From contig CAVWTT010000001.1 of the NCBI GenBank assembly GCA_963758075.1, forward strand, positions 76,973 to 140,972: DNA of 64,000 nucleotides. Reading direction: 5' to 3'. The notes under the pieces are model-generated. The model saw only the letters and a list, made by a program, of their open reading frames with translations, made no database searches and was not told the DNA's origin. This DNA is from an uncultured Actinomycetota bacterium. Its GTDB lineage: Bacteria; Actinomycetota; Actinomycetes; Propionibacteriales; Propionibacteriaceae. Made by a program: the position numbers and the translations under genes. Shown here one piece after another: positions 9,830 through 18,857 of this stretch (the first letter of the stretch is position 1; each line of letters opens with the position of its first letter).

Positions 9830-9917
9830 CCCACCCGCCGACCGGGATCCGGCCTCGACGCTGCTGGGCGGCCGCCCGGCGCGGGAGCCGCCGGCGTCGT
9901 GTGGCACCGTTGCCGCC

Positions 9918-10934
9918 ATGAGGACGAACACGCTCGGCCGGACCGGACGCGACGTGTCGGTCATCGGGCTCGGCACCTGGCAGCTCGGCACCGACTGGGG
10001 TCAGGTGACCGAATCCGACGCCCAGGCCGTGCTGGAGGCCTCGGTGGCAGCGGGAGTCAGCTTCTTCGACACCGCCGACGTGTACGGCGACGGTCGCAGC
10101 GAGACACTGATCGGCAGGTTCCTGGCCGGACGTCCCGACGCCGCGGTCACCGTGGCGACCAAGATGGGCCGCCGGGTGGATCAGGTCCCGGAGAACTACA
10201 CGCTGACGAATTTCCGCGGTTGGCTGGACCGGTCCCGACGCAACCTCGGCGTCGACACCATCGACCTGGTCCAGCTGCACTGTCCACCGACCCCCGTGTA
10301 CGCCGACGACCGCGTCTTCGACGGGCTGGACCAGTTGGTGGCCGAGCAGGTCATCGCCGCCTACGGCGTCAGCGTGGAGACCACGGCCCAGGCGCTGACC
10401 GCGATCGGCCGCAGCGGTGTCGCGACCGTCCAGATCATCCTCAACGCGTTCCGGCTCAAGCCACTGGACGAGGTGCTGCCCGCGGCCGCGGCGGCCGGCG
10501 TCGGCATCATCGCGCGGGTGCCGCTGGCCAGCGGCCTGCTGTCCGGCCGCTACACCGAGGACACCACCTTCCCCGAGGGCGATCACCGAACCTACAACCG
10601 CCACGGTGAGGCCTTCGACGTCGGCGAGACCTTCTCCGGGGTGGACTACGCCACCGGTGTCGCCGCTGCCAGGGAATTCAGCGCGGCGGTCGCCCGGCTG
10701 CGCAGCGATCTCGGTGTGAGCGATCCGTCCCAGCTGACGCCGGCCCAGGCGGCGCTGGCCTGGGCCGCCCAGCAGCCCGGCGTCTCCACGGTGATCCCCG
10801 GCGCCCGCAACGTCGAGCAGGCCCGGGCCAATGCCGCCGCCGCGGACCTGCCGACGCTGCCCGCCGACTTCCTGCAGACGGTCACCGACATCTACGACCG
10901 CCACATCCGGGCCGGCGTGCACCAGCGTTGGTGA
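9918..10934 (+). CDS. Aldo/keto reductase
   Basis: IGLGTWQLG, FDTADVYG, TKMG, QLH, VIPGAR. Confidence 0.9.
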   Translation: MRTNTLGRTGRDVSVIGLGTWQLGTDWGQVTESDAQAVLEASVAAGVSFFDTADVYGDGRSETLIGRFLAGRPDAAVTVATKMGRRVDQVPENYTLTNFRGWLDRSRRNLGVDTIDLVQLHCPPTPVYADDRVFDGLDQLVAEQVIAAYGVSVETTAQALTAIGRSGVATVQIILNAFRLKPLDEVLPAAAAAGVGIIARVPLASGLLSGRYTEDTTFPEGDHRTYNRHGEAFDVGETFSGVDYATGVAAAREFSAAVARLRSDLGVSDPSQLTPAQAALAWAAQQPGVSTVIPGARNVEQARANAAAADLPTLPADFLQTVTDIYDRHIRAGVHQRW

Positions 10935-10958
10935 CCCGCCCGCTGCGGACCGGCCCGT

Positions 10959-13052
10959 TCAGATCAGGCTCAGGGTGACGGTGGAGCCCTCGGCCGCCCG
11001 GGTGCCGCCCTTCGGGTCGGAGGAGGCGACGTAGCCCAGGCCGAGGTAGATCACTCCGGAGTGTTGGGTGCGGACGGTGAAACCGCGGGCCTGGAGCGTC
11101 TTCGTGGCCGCCTGGACACCCATCGAGCGGACATTGGGGACGGTCACCATCACCGGTCCCAGCGACTCGACCAGCGTGATGTGGTCATGGGCGAAGCCGG
11201 TGCCTCGGGCGGGGGACTGGCTGATCACGTCGCCGGCGGCGACGGTCGCGGAATGCTGCCGGTTGAGGTCGACGACGAACCCGGCGGCGCGCAGCCGACT
11301 GCCGGCCCGATCTGCGGCCCGGCCGGTGAAGTCCTGGATCGGGATGGGCTTGCGGCCGGCCGAGACGACCAGATCCACCCGCGTGCCGGGCCGCAACCGG
11401 GCGCCGGGATCGGCGGAGGCGCTGAGCACGACGCCCTTGGCGACGGTCTCGCTGTGCCGGTCGGTGACGTCGCCGGTCGCCAGATGACCGGAGGTCAGCG
11501 CCTGCTCGGCCCGGCTGCGGGACAGTCCGACCACCGTCGGCATCGGATAGCGCTCCGGACCCCTGGAGACCACGGCGTCGATCAGCCCGCCGCGCAGGAC
11601 CTTGCCGCCCGGCCGGGGCTTGGTGTCGATGACCATGCCCTTGGGCACGGTCTCGGAGAACCGGCGGCTGAAGTCGACCCGCAGACCGGCCTCGTCGGCG
11701 ATCGCGGCCGCGCGGGTCTGCGGCAGCGACGTCAGCGCCGGCGCGGTGGTGAACCGGCCCTTGGCGTAGTACCAGCCGGCCGCGGCAGCGGTGAGGGTGA
11801 GCAGCAGCACCACCAGCAGGGCGATCCAGCCGCGGCCGCGATGACGGGACCGGTGCACGGGCCGGTTCGGCGGCACCGGCCGCGGTGACGGCGACGGACC
11901 GGACATCGGCGTTCTGGGCGTGGAGGGCCCGCTGAGGAAGCGGATGTCGGTCGGAGTGTATTCAGCCCGGTCGGCCTCCTCCTCGGCGGCGGCCGCGGCC
12001 AGCATCGGGCCGAGGGCGGTGGTACCTGCGTACGGATCGACCGGATCCGGTGTCGACGGTCCCTGCTCCAGACGGCTTGTCCCCAACGGCTGCAGCCCGG
12101 GCCCGGCAGGCCGGGGGTCGGGCCCGTCGAGGCCGGCTCGCAGCACCGCCAGCGGCACGGTGAGGTCCTGGGTGAGTTCCGGGTCGGCGGTGATCCCGGA
12201 CCGCAGTGCTGATCGGACCCGCCGGACCTGGGCCAACATCACCCGGGCGTCGTGCGGCCGGGCGTCGGCGTTACGGGCGGTGGCCCGGGCGACCAGGGCG
12301 TCGAGGTAGTCCGGGACCGGACCCGCGGTGGCGTACTGCGACGGTGGCGGGACGTCCTTGTGGACGTGGGCGTAGGCGACCTGGATGGGCGACTCGCCGG
12401 TGTGCGGTTTGCGCCCGGTCAGCAGCTCGAACAGCACCACCCCGGTGCTGTAGACGTCGGACCGGGCATCGGCCCGACCCGAAACGACCAGTTCCGGTGG
12501 CAGGTAGGAGACGGTGCCGATCAGCAGGCCGGCGGTCGCGGTGGAGGTCTGGGCGGTCACCGCGCGGGCCAGCCCGAAGTCGCCGACCTTGATCCGGCCC
12601 TGCTCGGAGATCAGCACGTTCTCCGGCTTGATGTCACGGTGGACCAGGCCGGCCTCGTGCGCGGCGGCCAGGGCGCTCAGCACCGGTTCGATCATCGTCA
12701 ACGCCCGCAGCGGCGCCAGCGGCGCCTGCCGGGAGATGACGCTGCGCAGGGTGGTGCCCTCCACCAGTTCCATCACGATGTAGGGCCGGCCGCCGTCGTC
12801 ACCCTGGTCGAAGACGGAGACCACGTTGGGGTGGGACAGCCGCGCCGCAGCCCTGGCCTCCCGGTCGAACTTGCGGCGGAAGTCCTCGTCGTCACCCAGC
12901 CCGACATGCATGACCTTCAGGGCGACCATCCGGTCCAGCCGGGTGTCGGCCGCACGATAGACGGTGGCCATCCCGCCGCGGGCCAGCCGGTCGACCACGT
13001 GGTAACGGCGGTCGAGTACGTGCCCGACCAGCGGGTCGTTCGTACTCGTCAT
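10959..13052 (-). CDS. pknL: Stk1/PASTA-family Ser/Thr protein kinase (PknL-like by synteny)
   Basis: LARGGMATVY, VALK, HRDIKPEN, DFG; one TM segment; C-terminal PASTA repeats; convergent with the aroG block as in other actinobacteria. Confidence 0.85.
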   Translation of the reverse strand: MTSTNDPLVGHVLDRRYHVVDRLARGGMATVYRAADTRLDRMVALKVMHVGLGDDEDFRRKFDREARAAARLSHPNVVSVFDQGDDGGRPYIVMELVEGTTLRSVISRQAPLAPLRALTMIEPVLSALAAAHEAGLVHRDIKPENVLISEQGRIKVGDFGLARAVTAQTSTATAGLLIGTVSYLPPELVVSGRADARSDVYSTGVVLFELLTGRKPHTGESPIQVAYAHVHKDVPPPSQYATAGPVPDYLDALVARATARNADARPHDARVMLAQVRRVRSALRSGITADPELTQDLTVPLAVLRAGLDGPDPRPAGPGLQPLGTSRLEQGPSTPDPVDPYAGTTALGPMLAAAAAEEEADRAEYTPTDIRFLSGPSTPRTPMSGPSPSPRPVPPNRPVHRSRHRGRGWIALLVVLLLTLTAAAAGWYYAKGRFTTAPALTSLPQTRAAAIADEAGLRVDFSRRFSETVPKGMVIDTKPRPGGKVLRGGLIDAVVSRGPERYPMPTVVGLSRSRAEQALTSGHLATGDVTDRHSETVAKGVVLSASADPGARLRPGTRVDLVVSAGRKPIPIQDFTGRAADRAGSRLRAAGFVVDLNRQHSATVAAGDVISQSPARGTGFAHDHITLVESLGPVMVTVPNVRSMGVQAATKTLQARGFTVRTQHSGVIYLGLGYVASSDPKGGTRAAEGSTVTLSLI

Positions 13053-13410
13053 CGTCACGCCTGCTCCAGGAGCTTCTGCCGGGGATCTGCCGGACGGAGG
13101 TGTGGGCGGTCGGCACGCAGGCCGCCGGCGCACGCGGATCGGTTCGACCCAGGCCGAGTGTATGGCGGGTCCAAGGGCTGTCCGCTCCAACGCGCCGACC
13201 CGCGGCTGCGGCCGACGCGAGCACCCGCCCCGCCGGGCAGGTTTGAGCGAGGCCCAGGTGCGGTCGGCCCCGCCGGCCGCTTCTTGACCGGCGGGGCCTG
13301 GGTGTGCGGGACTGCCTAGGACCGCCCGCACCCTTGGGCCTCCTGCTACCCACCGGACCCCCGGTCCTCACGCAGGTCGGTGCCGGGTTCCGGTCGGTAA
13401 TGTGGCCGGG

Positions 13411-14100
13411 ATGAACGTCATGATCGGGGTGAAGGCCCGGATCACCCTGGCCCGGCTGATGCTGATCGCCGACCCGGTGTCGGGTTCCGGTGACCGGGTC
13501 GCGATGTTGACCGCGGCGATCGGGGGCGGTGTCGACCTGGTCCGGCTGCGCCGGTCCGGTACGCCGTCGGGCAGCGAGGTCGACGCGGGCCGTGCCGCCG
13601 CCCGGGCCGTGACCGGCCACGGTGCCCTGCTGGTGGTCGACGAAGCCGCCGGCCCGGACGCCGACGCCGACGCCGTCTGCCTCTCCGGGTCGCCCACCGG
13701 ACCGACACCGGTGTGGCGGCAGCGGCTGGGCCCCTTCACCAAGCTCGGCGCCGCGGCCACGGATGCCGGCAGCCTGCGGCGCCTGTTGGCCGATCCACTG
13801 ATCGACTTCGTGGTCGTCGACGCCGAGGCCGACCTCGGCCTGGTCGCCGAGGCGGCCGGGCGGGCGCCGGTCGGCGCCCCGGATTCCACGCCGTGGTTCG
13901 CCGCCGGGGAATTCGACCCGACACGGCTGGAGGAGGCTCTCGAGGCGGGCGCCCGCCGGATCGCGGTGTCCCGGACCCTGACCGAGGCCGCCGATCCCGC
14001 CGCAGTCGCCGCCGGACTGTCGGCACGGCTGGCCGAGGTGTGGTCCGCCGAGCCGGAGTTGATCCGGTTGACCTTCGCTGCCCTGGCCGACCAGGCCTGA
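13411..14100 (+). CDS. Thiamine-phosphate-synthase (ThiE/TenI)-fold protein with degenerate active site
   Basis: Overall pattern GGVDLVRLR...PWFAAG...ALEAGARRIAVSR resembles ThiE, but ND, HLGQ, STH and GP..T.TK motifs are absent; leaderless start after TAATGT. Confidence 0.65.
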   Translation: MNVMIGVKARITLARLMLIADPVSGSGDRVAMLTAAIGGGVDLVRLRRSGTPSGSEVDAGRAAARAVTGHGALLVVDEAAGPDADADAVCLSGSPTGPTPVWRQRLGPFTKLGAAATDAGSLRRLLADPLIDFVVVDAEADLGLVAEAAGRAPVGAPDSTPWFAAGEFDPTRLEEALEAGARRIAVSRTLTEAADPAAVAAGLSARLAEVWSAEPELIRLTFAALADQA

Positions 14101-14137
14101 CCCGGCGAGGCGACCACCGGCGCGGCGACGGCGCCGG

Positions 14138-15226
14138 TCAGGTCCGACGCGGGGTGCTCTCCCGGATGATGACCGACCCGTCGATGGGAACCACGGTGCG
14201 TTCGGGGTTCGCCGCCAGCGCCAACCGGACCGCCTCCCGGCCGATCTGCTGCAACGGCAGCGCCACCGTGGTCAGGGCCGGCGAGACGTCGCGGAGCGTC
14301 TCGATGTCGTCGAAGCCCGCGATGGCGATGTCGTGGCCCAGCCGCAGCCCGGCGGTGCGGAAGTACGCCATCGCCCCGACCGCCATCACGTCGTTGACCG
14401 CGAACACCAGGTCGACGTCGACGAGCCCGCGACGGTGCAGTTCGGCGGCGGCCACGAAGCCGCCGTCCCGGGTGAAGTCGCCGTGCACGACCCGTCGATC
14501 CGGCACCGGCACCCCGAGCTGGGCACAGCGGGTGACGAATCCGTCGGCCCGGTCATGGGCGGTGAGCAGTCCCTGCGGTCCGGCCAGCACCGCCATCGAC
14601 CGGTAGCCGAGTTCGACGAGTTGACCGGCCAGTTCGGCCGCAGCCTCGAGATTGCGTACGGCCACGGTCCGGAACGGCATCGTCGGCTGAGCCACGATGG
14701 TGACCTGGCCGCCGGCCTGCTGGAATGCGGTGAGCTCGGCCCGCAGCTCGTCGGCGAGTCGACCGTCGGCGCGGCGGCTGCCGACCAGGATCAGCGACCG
14801 TGGCCGCATCCCCCGTACCGCCCGGACGAGTTCGACCTCCCGCTCGGCGCGTCGTTCGGTGATCGACATGGTGACCACCAGACCCTCGTCCTCGGCGGCC
14901 CGCATCACTCCGGAGGCGATGGAGGAGAAGTACGGGTCGGCGATGTCGGAGACCACCACGGCGACGGTCTGGCTGGTGCCGCGAGCGACCGCCTGGGCCG
15001 AATAGTTGGCCGAATAGTTCAGCCGCCGGGCCGCGGCCAGGACCCGCTGCCGGTACTCCTCCCGAACGGTACGGGTGCTGCCGTTGAGAGATCGTGAGGC
15101 GGTGGCCAGCGACACGCCGGCCTCCCGGGCCACGTCACTCAGGGTCGCGTTGCGGATGCGGGGCTGGCCAGGGTCGGCGGTCGTCCGGTCGGGGGCGGAC
15201 CCGGCGACGCTGTCGGTGTCGTCCAC
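14138..15226 (-). CDS. LacI-family transcriptional regulator
   Basis: TLSDVAREAGVSLATASRSLN HTH; NDVMAVGA and GFDD motifs. Confidence 0.92.
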   Translation of the reverse strand: MDDTDSVAGSAPDRTTADPGQPRIRNATLSDVAREAGVSLATASRSLNGSTRTVREEYRQRVLAAARRLNYSANYSAQAVARGTSQTVAVVVSDIADPYFSSIASGVMRAAEDEGLVVTMSITERRAEREVELVRAVRGMRPRSLILVGSRRADGRLADELRAELTAFQQAGGQVTIVAQPTMPFRTVAVRNLEAAAELAGQLVELGYRSMAVLAGPQGLLTAHDRADGFVTRCAQLGVPVPDRRVVHGDFTRDGGFVAAAELHRRGLVDVDLVFAVNDVMAVGAMAYFRTAGLRLGHDIAIAGFDDIETLRDVSPALTTVALPLQQIGREAVRLALAANPERTVVPIDGSVIIRESTPRRT

Positions 15227-15307
15227 GGAGCAAGACTAGACGCACGCTTTCCAAAATGACGAGGCCACCCGGTGTTGGATCGGCAGATATCCGGGTCATC
15301 CGTGTGA

Positions 15308-15352
15308 TTGACGCGGCATACCGGGGGCGACTAATCTGGGAAGCGCTTTCCC
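15308..15352 (+). promoter_or_regulatory. Housekeeping-sigma promoter (TTGACG-N18-TAATCT) followed by LacI-type operator GGGAAGCGCTTTCCC
   Basis: -35 at 15308-15313, -10 at 15332-15337, imperfect palindrome centred on AGCGCT at 15338-15352; partial site CGCTTTCC near 15245. Confidence 0.75.
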
Positions 15353-15374
15353 TTCGAGCAGGAAGACAGTCACC

Positions 15375-16550
15375 GTGGCACACAAGGAAGTCGGCATCAT
15401 CGTCAACGGCGTCACCGGCCGGATGGGCTACCGCCAGCACCTGGTGCGGTCACTGCTGGCGATCCGCGACGACGGCGGCGTCGAACTGGACGGAGGCGGT
15501 CGCGTTCAGGTCCGCCCGGTGCTGGTCGGCCGCAACGCCGACAAACTCTCCGACATCGCCGCCCGGCACCAGATCGCCGACTGGAGTACCGACCTGGACG
15601 CCGCACTGGCCGATCCGGGCATCGACATCTACTTCGACACCCAGCTGACCAGCGCTCGGGTGCCGGCGGTGAAGAAGGCCATCGCGGCCGGCAAGCACGT
15701 CTACGCCGAGAAGCCGATCGCCGAGACCTCGGCCGAGGCGTTCGAGCTGATCGAGCTGGCCGAACGGGCCGGCGTCAAGAACGGCGTCGTGCACGACAAG
15801 CTGTACCTGCCGGGGCTGCGCAAGCTGGCCAGGCTGATCGACTCCGGCTACTTCGGCCGGATCCTGTCGGTCCGCGGCGAATTCGGCTACTGGGTGTTCG
15901 AGGGGGACTGGATGCCCTCCCAGCGACCCAGCTGGAACTACCGCGCCGAGGACGGGGGCGGCATCATCTCCGACATGTTCCCGCACTGGAACTACGTGCT
16001 GGAGAACCTGTTCGGCCGGGTCCAGTCGGTCTATGCCCGCGGTGTCACCCACATCGGCGAACGTATCGACGAGCACGGCAAGGCCTACCAGGCGACCGCG
16101 GACGACGCCGCGTACGCGGTGTTCGAGCTGGAGGGCGGGGCGATCGCCCAGATCAACTCCAGTTGGGACGTGCGGGTCAACCGCCGTGAGCTGGTGGAGT
16201 TCCAGGTCGACGGAACGCTGGGCAGCGCGGTGGTCGGCCTGTTCGGCGCCCGCATCCAGCCGCGGACCGCGAGCCCGCGGCCGACCTGGAACCCCGACGT
16301 CAAGGACGAGCACGACTACCTGGCCGACTGGCACGAGCTGCCGGAGACGATGCCCTTGGGCAACGGCTTCCGGGCGCAGTGGGAGGACTTCATCCGCCAC
16401 GTGCTCGCTGACGGACCGCACCCCTACGACTTCCGGTCCGGGGCTCGCGGGGTCCGACTGGCGGAGCTGGCGATGCAGAGCTCGACCGACGGTCGCAGGA
16501 TCGAGGTACCGGCCGAGCAGGCCACCGGAGCCGCCGCGGCAGGCGCCTGA
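15375..16550 (+). CDS. Gfo/Idh/MocA-family oxidoreductase
   Basis: NGVTGRMG, EKP, DMFPHW motifs. Confidence 0.9.
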   Translation: MAHKEVGIIVNGVTGRMGYRQHLVRSLLAIRDDGGVELDGGGRVQVRPVLVGRNADKLSDIAARHQIADWSTDLDAALADPGIDIYFDTQLTSARVPAVKKAIAAGKHVYAEKPIAETSAEAFELIELAERAGVKNGVVHDKLYLPGLRKLARLIDSGYFGRILSVRGEFGYWVFEGDWMPSQRPSWNYRAEDGGGIISDMFPHWNYVLENLFGRVQSVYARGVTHIGERIDEHGKAYQATADDAAYAVFELEGGAIAQINSSWDVRVNRRELVEFQVDGTLGSAVVGLFGARIQPRTASPRPTWNPDVKDEHDYLADWHELPETMPLGNGFRAQWEDFIRHVLADGPHPYDFRSGARGVRLAELAMQSSTDGRRIEVPAEQATGAAAAGA

Positions 16551-17734
16551 TGGTCAGCGTCACCCTGCTCGACGAGCGCGGCCGTACCCGCCGGCACGAG
16601 CTGCCGGCGGCCGCCCCGCTGCAGCGACCGGCCGGCCGGTTCGCCAGCCGGGTCGCCTATGCCGCCGCCCACGTCGTCCCGCATGCCTGGGCCGACAACG
16701 TGCCCGGGGCACCGGCCGACATCGACTGGGAGGCCACCCTCGGCTTCCGCCGACACCTGTGGTCGTGGGGACTCGGTGTCGCCGATGCGATGGACACCGC
16801 GCAGCGGAACATGGGGCTGGACGCTGTCGCCACCCGTGAACTGATCGCGCGGACCGCCGCCGAGGCGAAGGCCTGCTCCGGTTTCGACGACCCGGCCGAC
16901 GCGGTGGTGGTCGGGGTCAACACCGACCAGCTCGACCAGCCGGCGGTCGGTCTGGACCAGGTGGTGGCCGGCTACCTGGAGCAGTTGCACTTCGCCCAGT
17001 CCCAGGGTGTCGGAGTGGTCTTGATGGCCAGCCGTCACCTGGCCCGCGCCGCCGGGTCGGCGCAGGACTACGTCGATGTCTACCGCCGCGTGCTGGCCGA
17101 AGCAGACCGGCCGGTGATCCTGCACTGGCTCGGCGAGGCATTCGACCCACAGCTGGCCGCCTATTTCGGTAGCAGCGACGTGGCCGAGTCGAGCCGGACC
17201 GTGCTGCAGATCATCGGTGAGCACACCGAGGTGGTGCGCGGCATCAAGATGAGCCTGCTGGACGCCGACGCCGAGATCGCGCTGCGTGACCAATTGCCCC
17301 CGGGCGTGCGGATGTTCACCGGCGACGACTACAACTACGTCGGTCTGATCGCCGGCGACGACCACCGCCATTCCGATGCGCTGCTGGGCGCCTTCGCAGC
17401 CGTCGGCCCGAGCGCCTCGGTGGCCATCCACGCCCTTGACGCCGGCGATCCCGGCCGCTACCGGGCCGTGCTCGGCCCGACCGAGCCGCTGGCCCGGCAG
17501 ATCTTCGCCGCACCGACCTTCTACTACAAGACCGGTGTCGCCTTCCTGTCCTGGCTGAACGGCCACCAGCCGGCGTTCGCCATGGTCGGGGGTCTGCACA
17601 GCGCCCGCAGCCTGCCGCATCTGTCCCGGATCGTCCGGCTGGCGGGGGAAGCCAACGCGCTGACCGATCCGGAACTGGCCGCGGCGCGGTGGCACGCGAT
17701 GCTGGCCCTGCACGGGATCGAGACGAACCGATGA
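16550..17734 (+). CDS. DUF993 (dihydrodipicolinate-synthase-like aldolase fold) protein
   Basis: RVAYAAAHVV, AMDTAQR, ILHWLG, IKMSLLD, FTGDDYNY, YYKTG. Confidence 0.85.
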   Translation: MVSVTLLDERGRTRRHELPAAAPLQRPAGRFASRVAYAAAHVVPHAWADNVPGAPADIDWEATLGFRRHLWSWGLGVADAMDTAQRNMGLDAVATRELIARTAAEAKACSGFDDPADAVVVGVNTDQLDQPAVGLDQVVAGYLEQLHFAQSQGVGVVLMASRHLARAAGSAQDYVDVYRRVLAEADRPVILHWLGEAFDPQLAAYFGSSDVAESSRTVLQIIGEHTEVVRGIKMSLLDADAEIALRDQLPPGVRMFTGDDYNYVGLIAGDDHRHSDALLGAFAAVGPSASVAIHALDAGDPGRYRAVLGPTEPLARQIFAAPTFYYKTGVAFLSWLNGHQPAFAMVGGLHSARSLPHLSRIVRLAGEANALTDPELAAARWHAMLALHGIETNR

Positions 17735-18573
17735 GCCACGGACGGTTCTCCCTCAACCAGGCCACCATCAAGTACGCCTCGCTGGCCGAGGCGCTGCAGG
17801 TGTGCGTCGACGCCGGGTACGAGTCGATCGGGCTGTGGCGCGAACCCGTCGCCGAGGTCGGCCTGGACAAGGCCGCCGCGCTGGTGGCCGACTCCGGGCT
17901 GCGGGTATCCAGTCTGTGCCGGGGCGGCTTCTTCACCGCGCCGCCCGGGCCGCAACGCCGGCAGGCGCTGGAGGACAACCGGCAGGCGCTGGCCGAGGCG
18001 CATCGACTGGGAACCGACACCCTGGTGTTGGTGGCCGGCGGGCTGCCGGTCGGGGACCGGGACCTGGCCGGCGCGCGGGAACGGGTCCGGGATGCCATCG
18101 GTGAACTCGCCGACGACGCCCTGGCCGCCGGCGTCAGGCTGGCGATCGAACCGCTGCACCCGATGTATGCCGCCGACCGCGCGGTGGTCAACACGCTGGC
18201 GCAGGCCCTGGACATCGCCGAGCAGTTCCCCGCCGAGGTCGCCGGTGTCGTCGTCGACACCTACCACCTCTGGTGGGACCCGCAGGTGCTGGCCCAGATC
18301 GCCCGAGCCGGTCGGCAGCGGATCACCAGCTACCAGGTCTGTGACTGGATCACCCCACTACCCGCCGACGTGCTGCTGGCCCGCGGCATCCCCGGCGACG
18401 GGCACATCGACTTCGGCGCCTTGACCCGCGCCGTCGCCGCGACCGGCTATGCCGGCGACATCGAGGTGGAGATCTTCCACGCCGACGTCTGGAACCGCCC
18501 CTACGCCGAGATCGCCACCCTGGTCGCCGACCGCTACCACCAGCTGGTCGAACCCCACCTGACCACCCGCTGA
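17731..18573 (+). CDS. Sugar phosphate isomerase/epimerase (xylose-isomerase-like TIM barrel)
   Basis: SLNQAT, SSLCRGG, AIEPLHP, DTYH, QVCDW, GDGHID, EVEIF. Confidence 0.88.
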   Translation: MSHGRFSLNQATIKYASLAEALQVCVDAGYESIGLWREPVAEVGLDKAAALVADSGLRVSSLCRGGFFTAPPGPQRRQALEDNRQALAEAHRLGTDTLVLVAGGLPVGDRDLAGARERVRDAIGELADDALAAGVRLAIEPLHPMYAADRAVVNTLAQALDIAEQFPAEVAGVVVDTYHLWWDPQVLAQIARAGRQRITSYQVCDWITPLPADVLLARGIPGDGHIDFGALTRAVAATGYAGDIEVEIFHADVWNRPYAEIATLVADRYHQLVEPHLTTR

Positions 18574-18634
18574 CCCCCGTCGAACAGCGCCGACCGACCC
18601 GCGTCCTGAGCTCGAAGGGGACCCCGGGGACAGC

Positions 18635-18814
18635 CCTCGATCACGACGGTACGGGGGCTGTTTTGTCAGTGTTCCCGTACGTGTGGCGGACCGGGTTCGG
18701 GCGGGTGATCGTCACCAACCCGGCCGGCACCCACGACCTCGGCACCGGAACCTTCGCCGACACCGTCTGGCAGACCTCGGCCGACCGCGCGCCATCCCCG
18801 GCGGCCTGACTCCC
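18635..18814 (+). mobile_element. Miniature internally deleted derivative of the DUF222/HNH element (5' flank fused to the 3' end)
   Basis: 18635-18678 matches reverse complement of 4262-4305 at 39/44; 18680-18814 matches reverse complement of 2187-2321 at 130/135. Homology is seen directly; mobility is inferred. Confidence 0.7.
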
Positions 18815-18857
18815 GAAGCCGACATCACCGGCCGCAAGGGGTGCGCCGGGCTTGGGG

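Noticed and set aside
13053-13410. TPP riboswitch ahead of the ThiE-like gene
   Set aside because: No CTGAGA or ACCTGA core on either strand, and the gene looks leaderless
18681-18809. Expressed 42-aa peptide from the miniature element
   Set aside because: The frame is open from a GTG, but the -10 was deleted and there is no RBS; treated as a remnant
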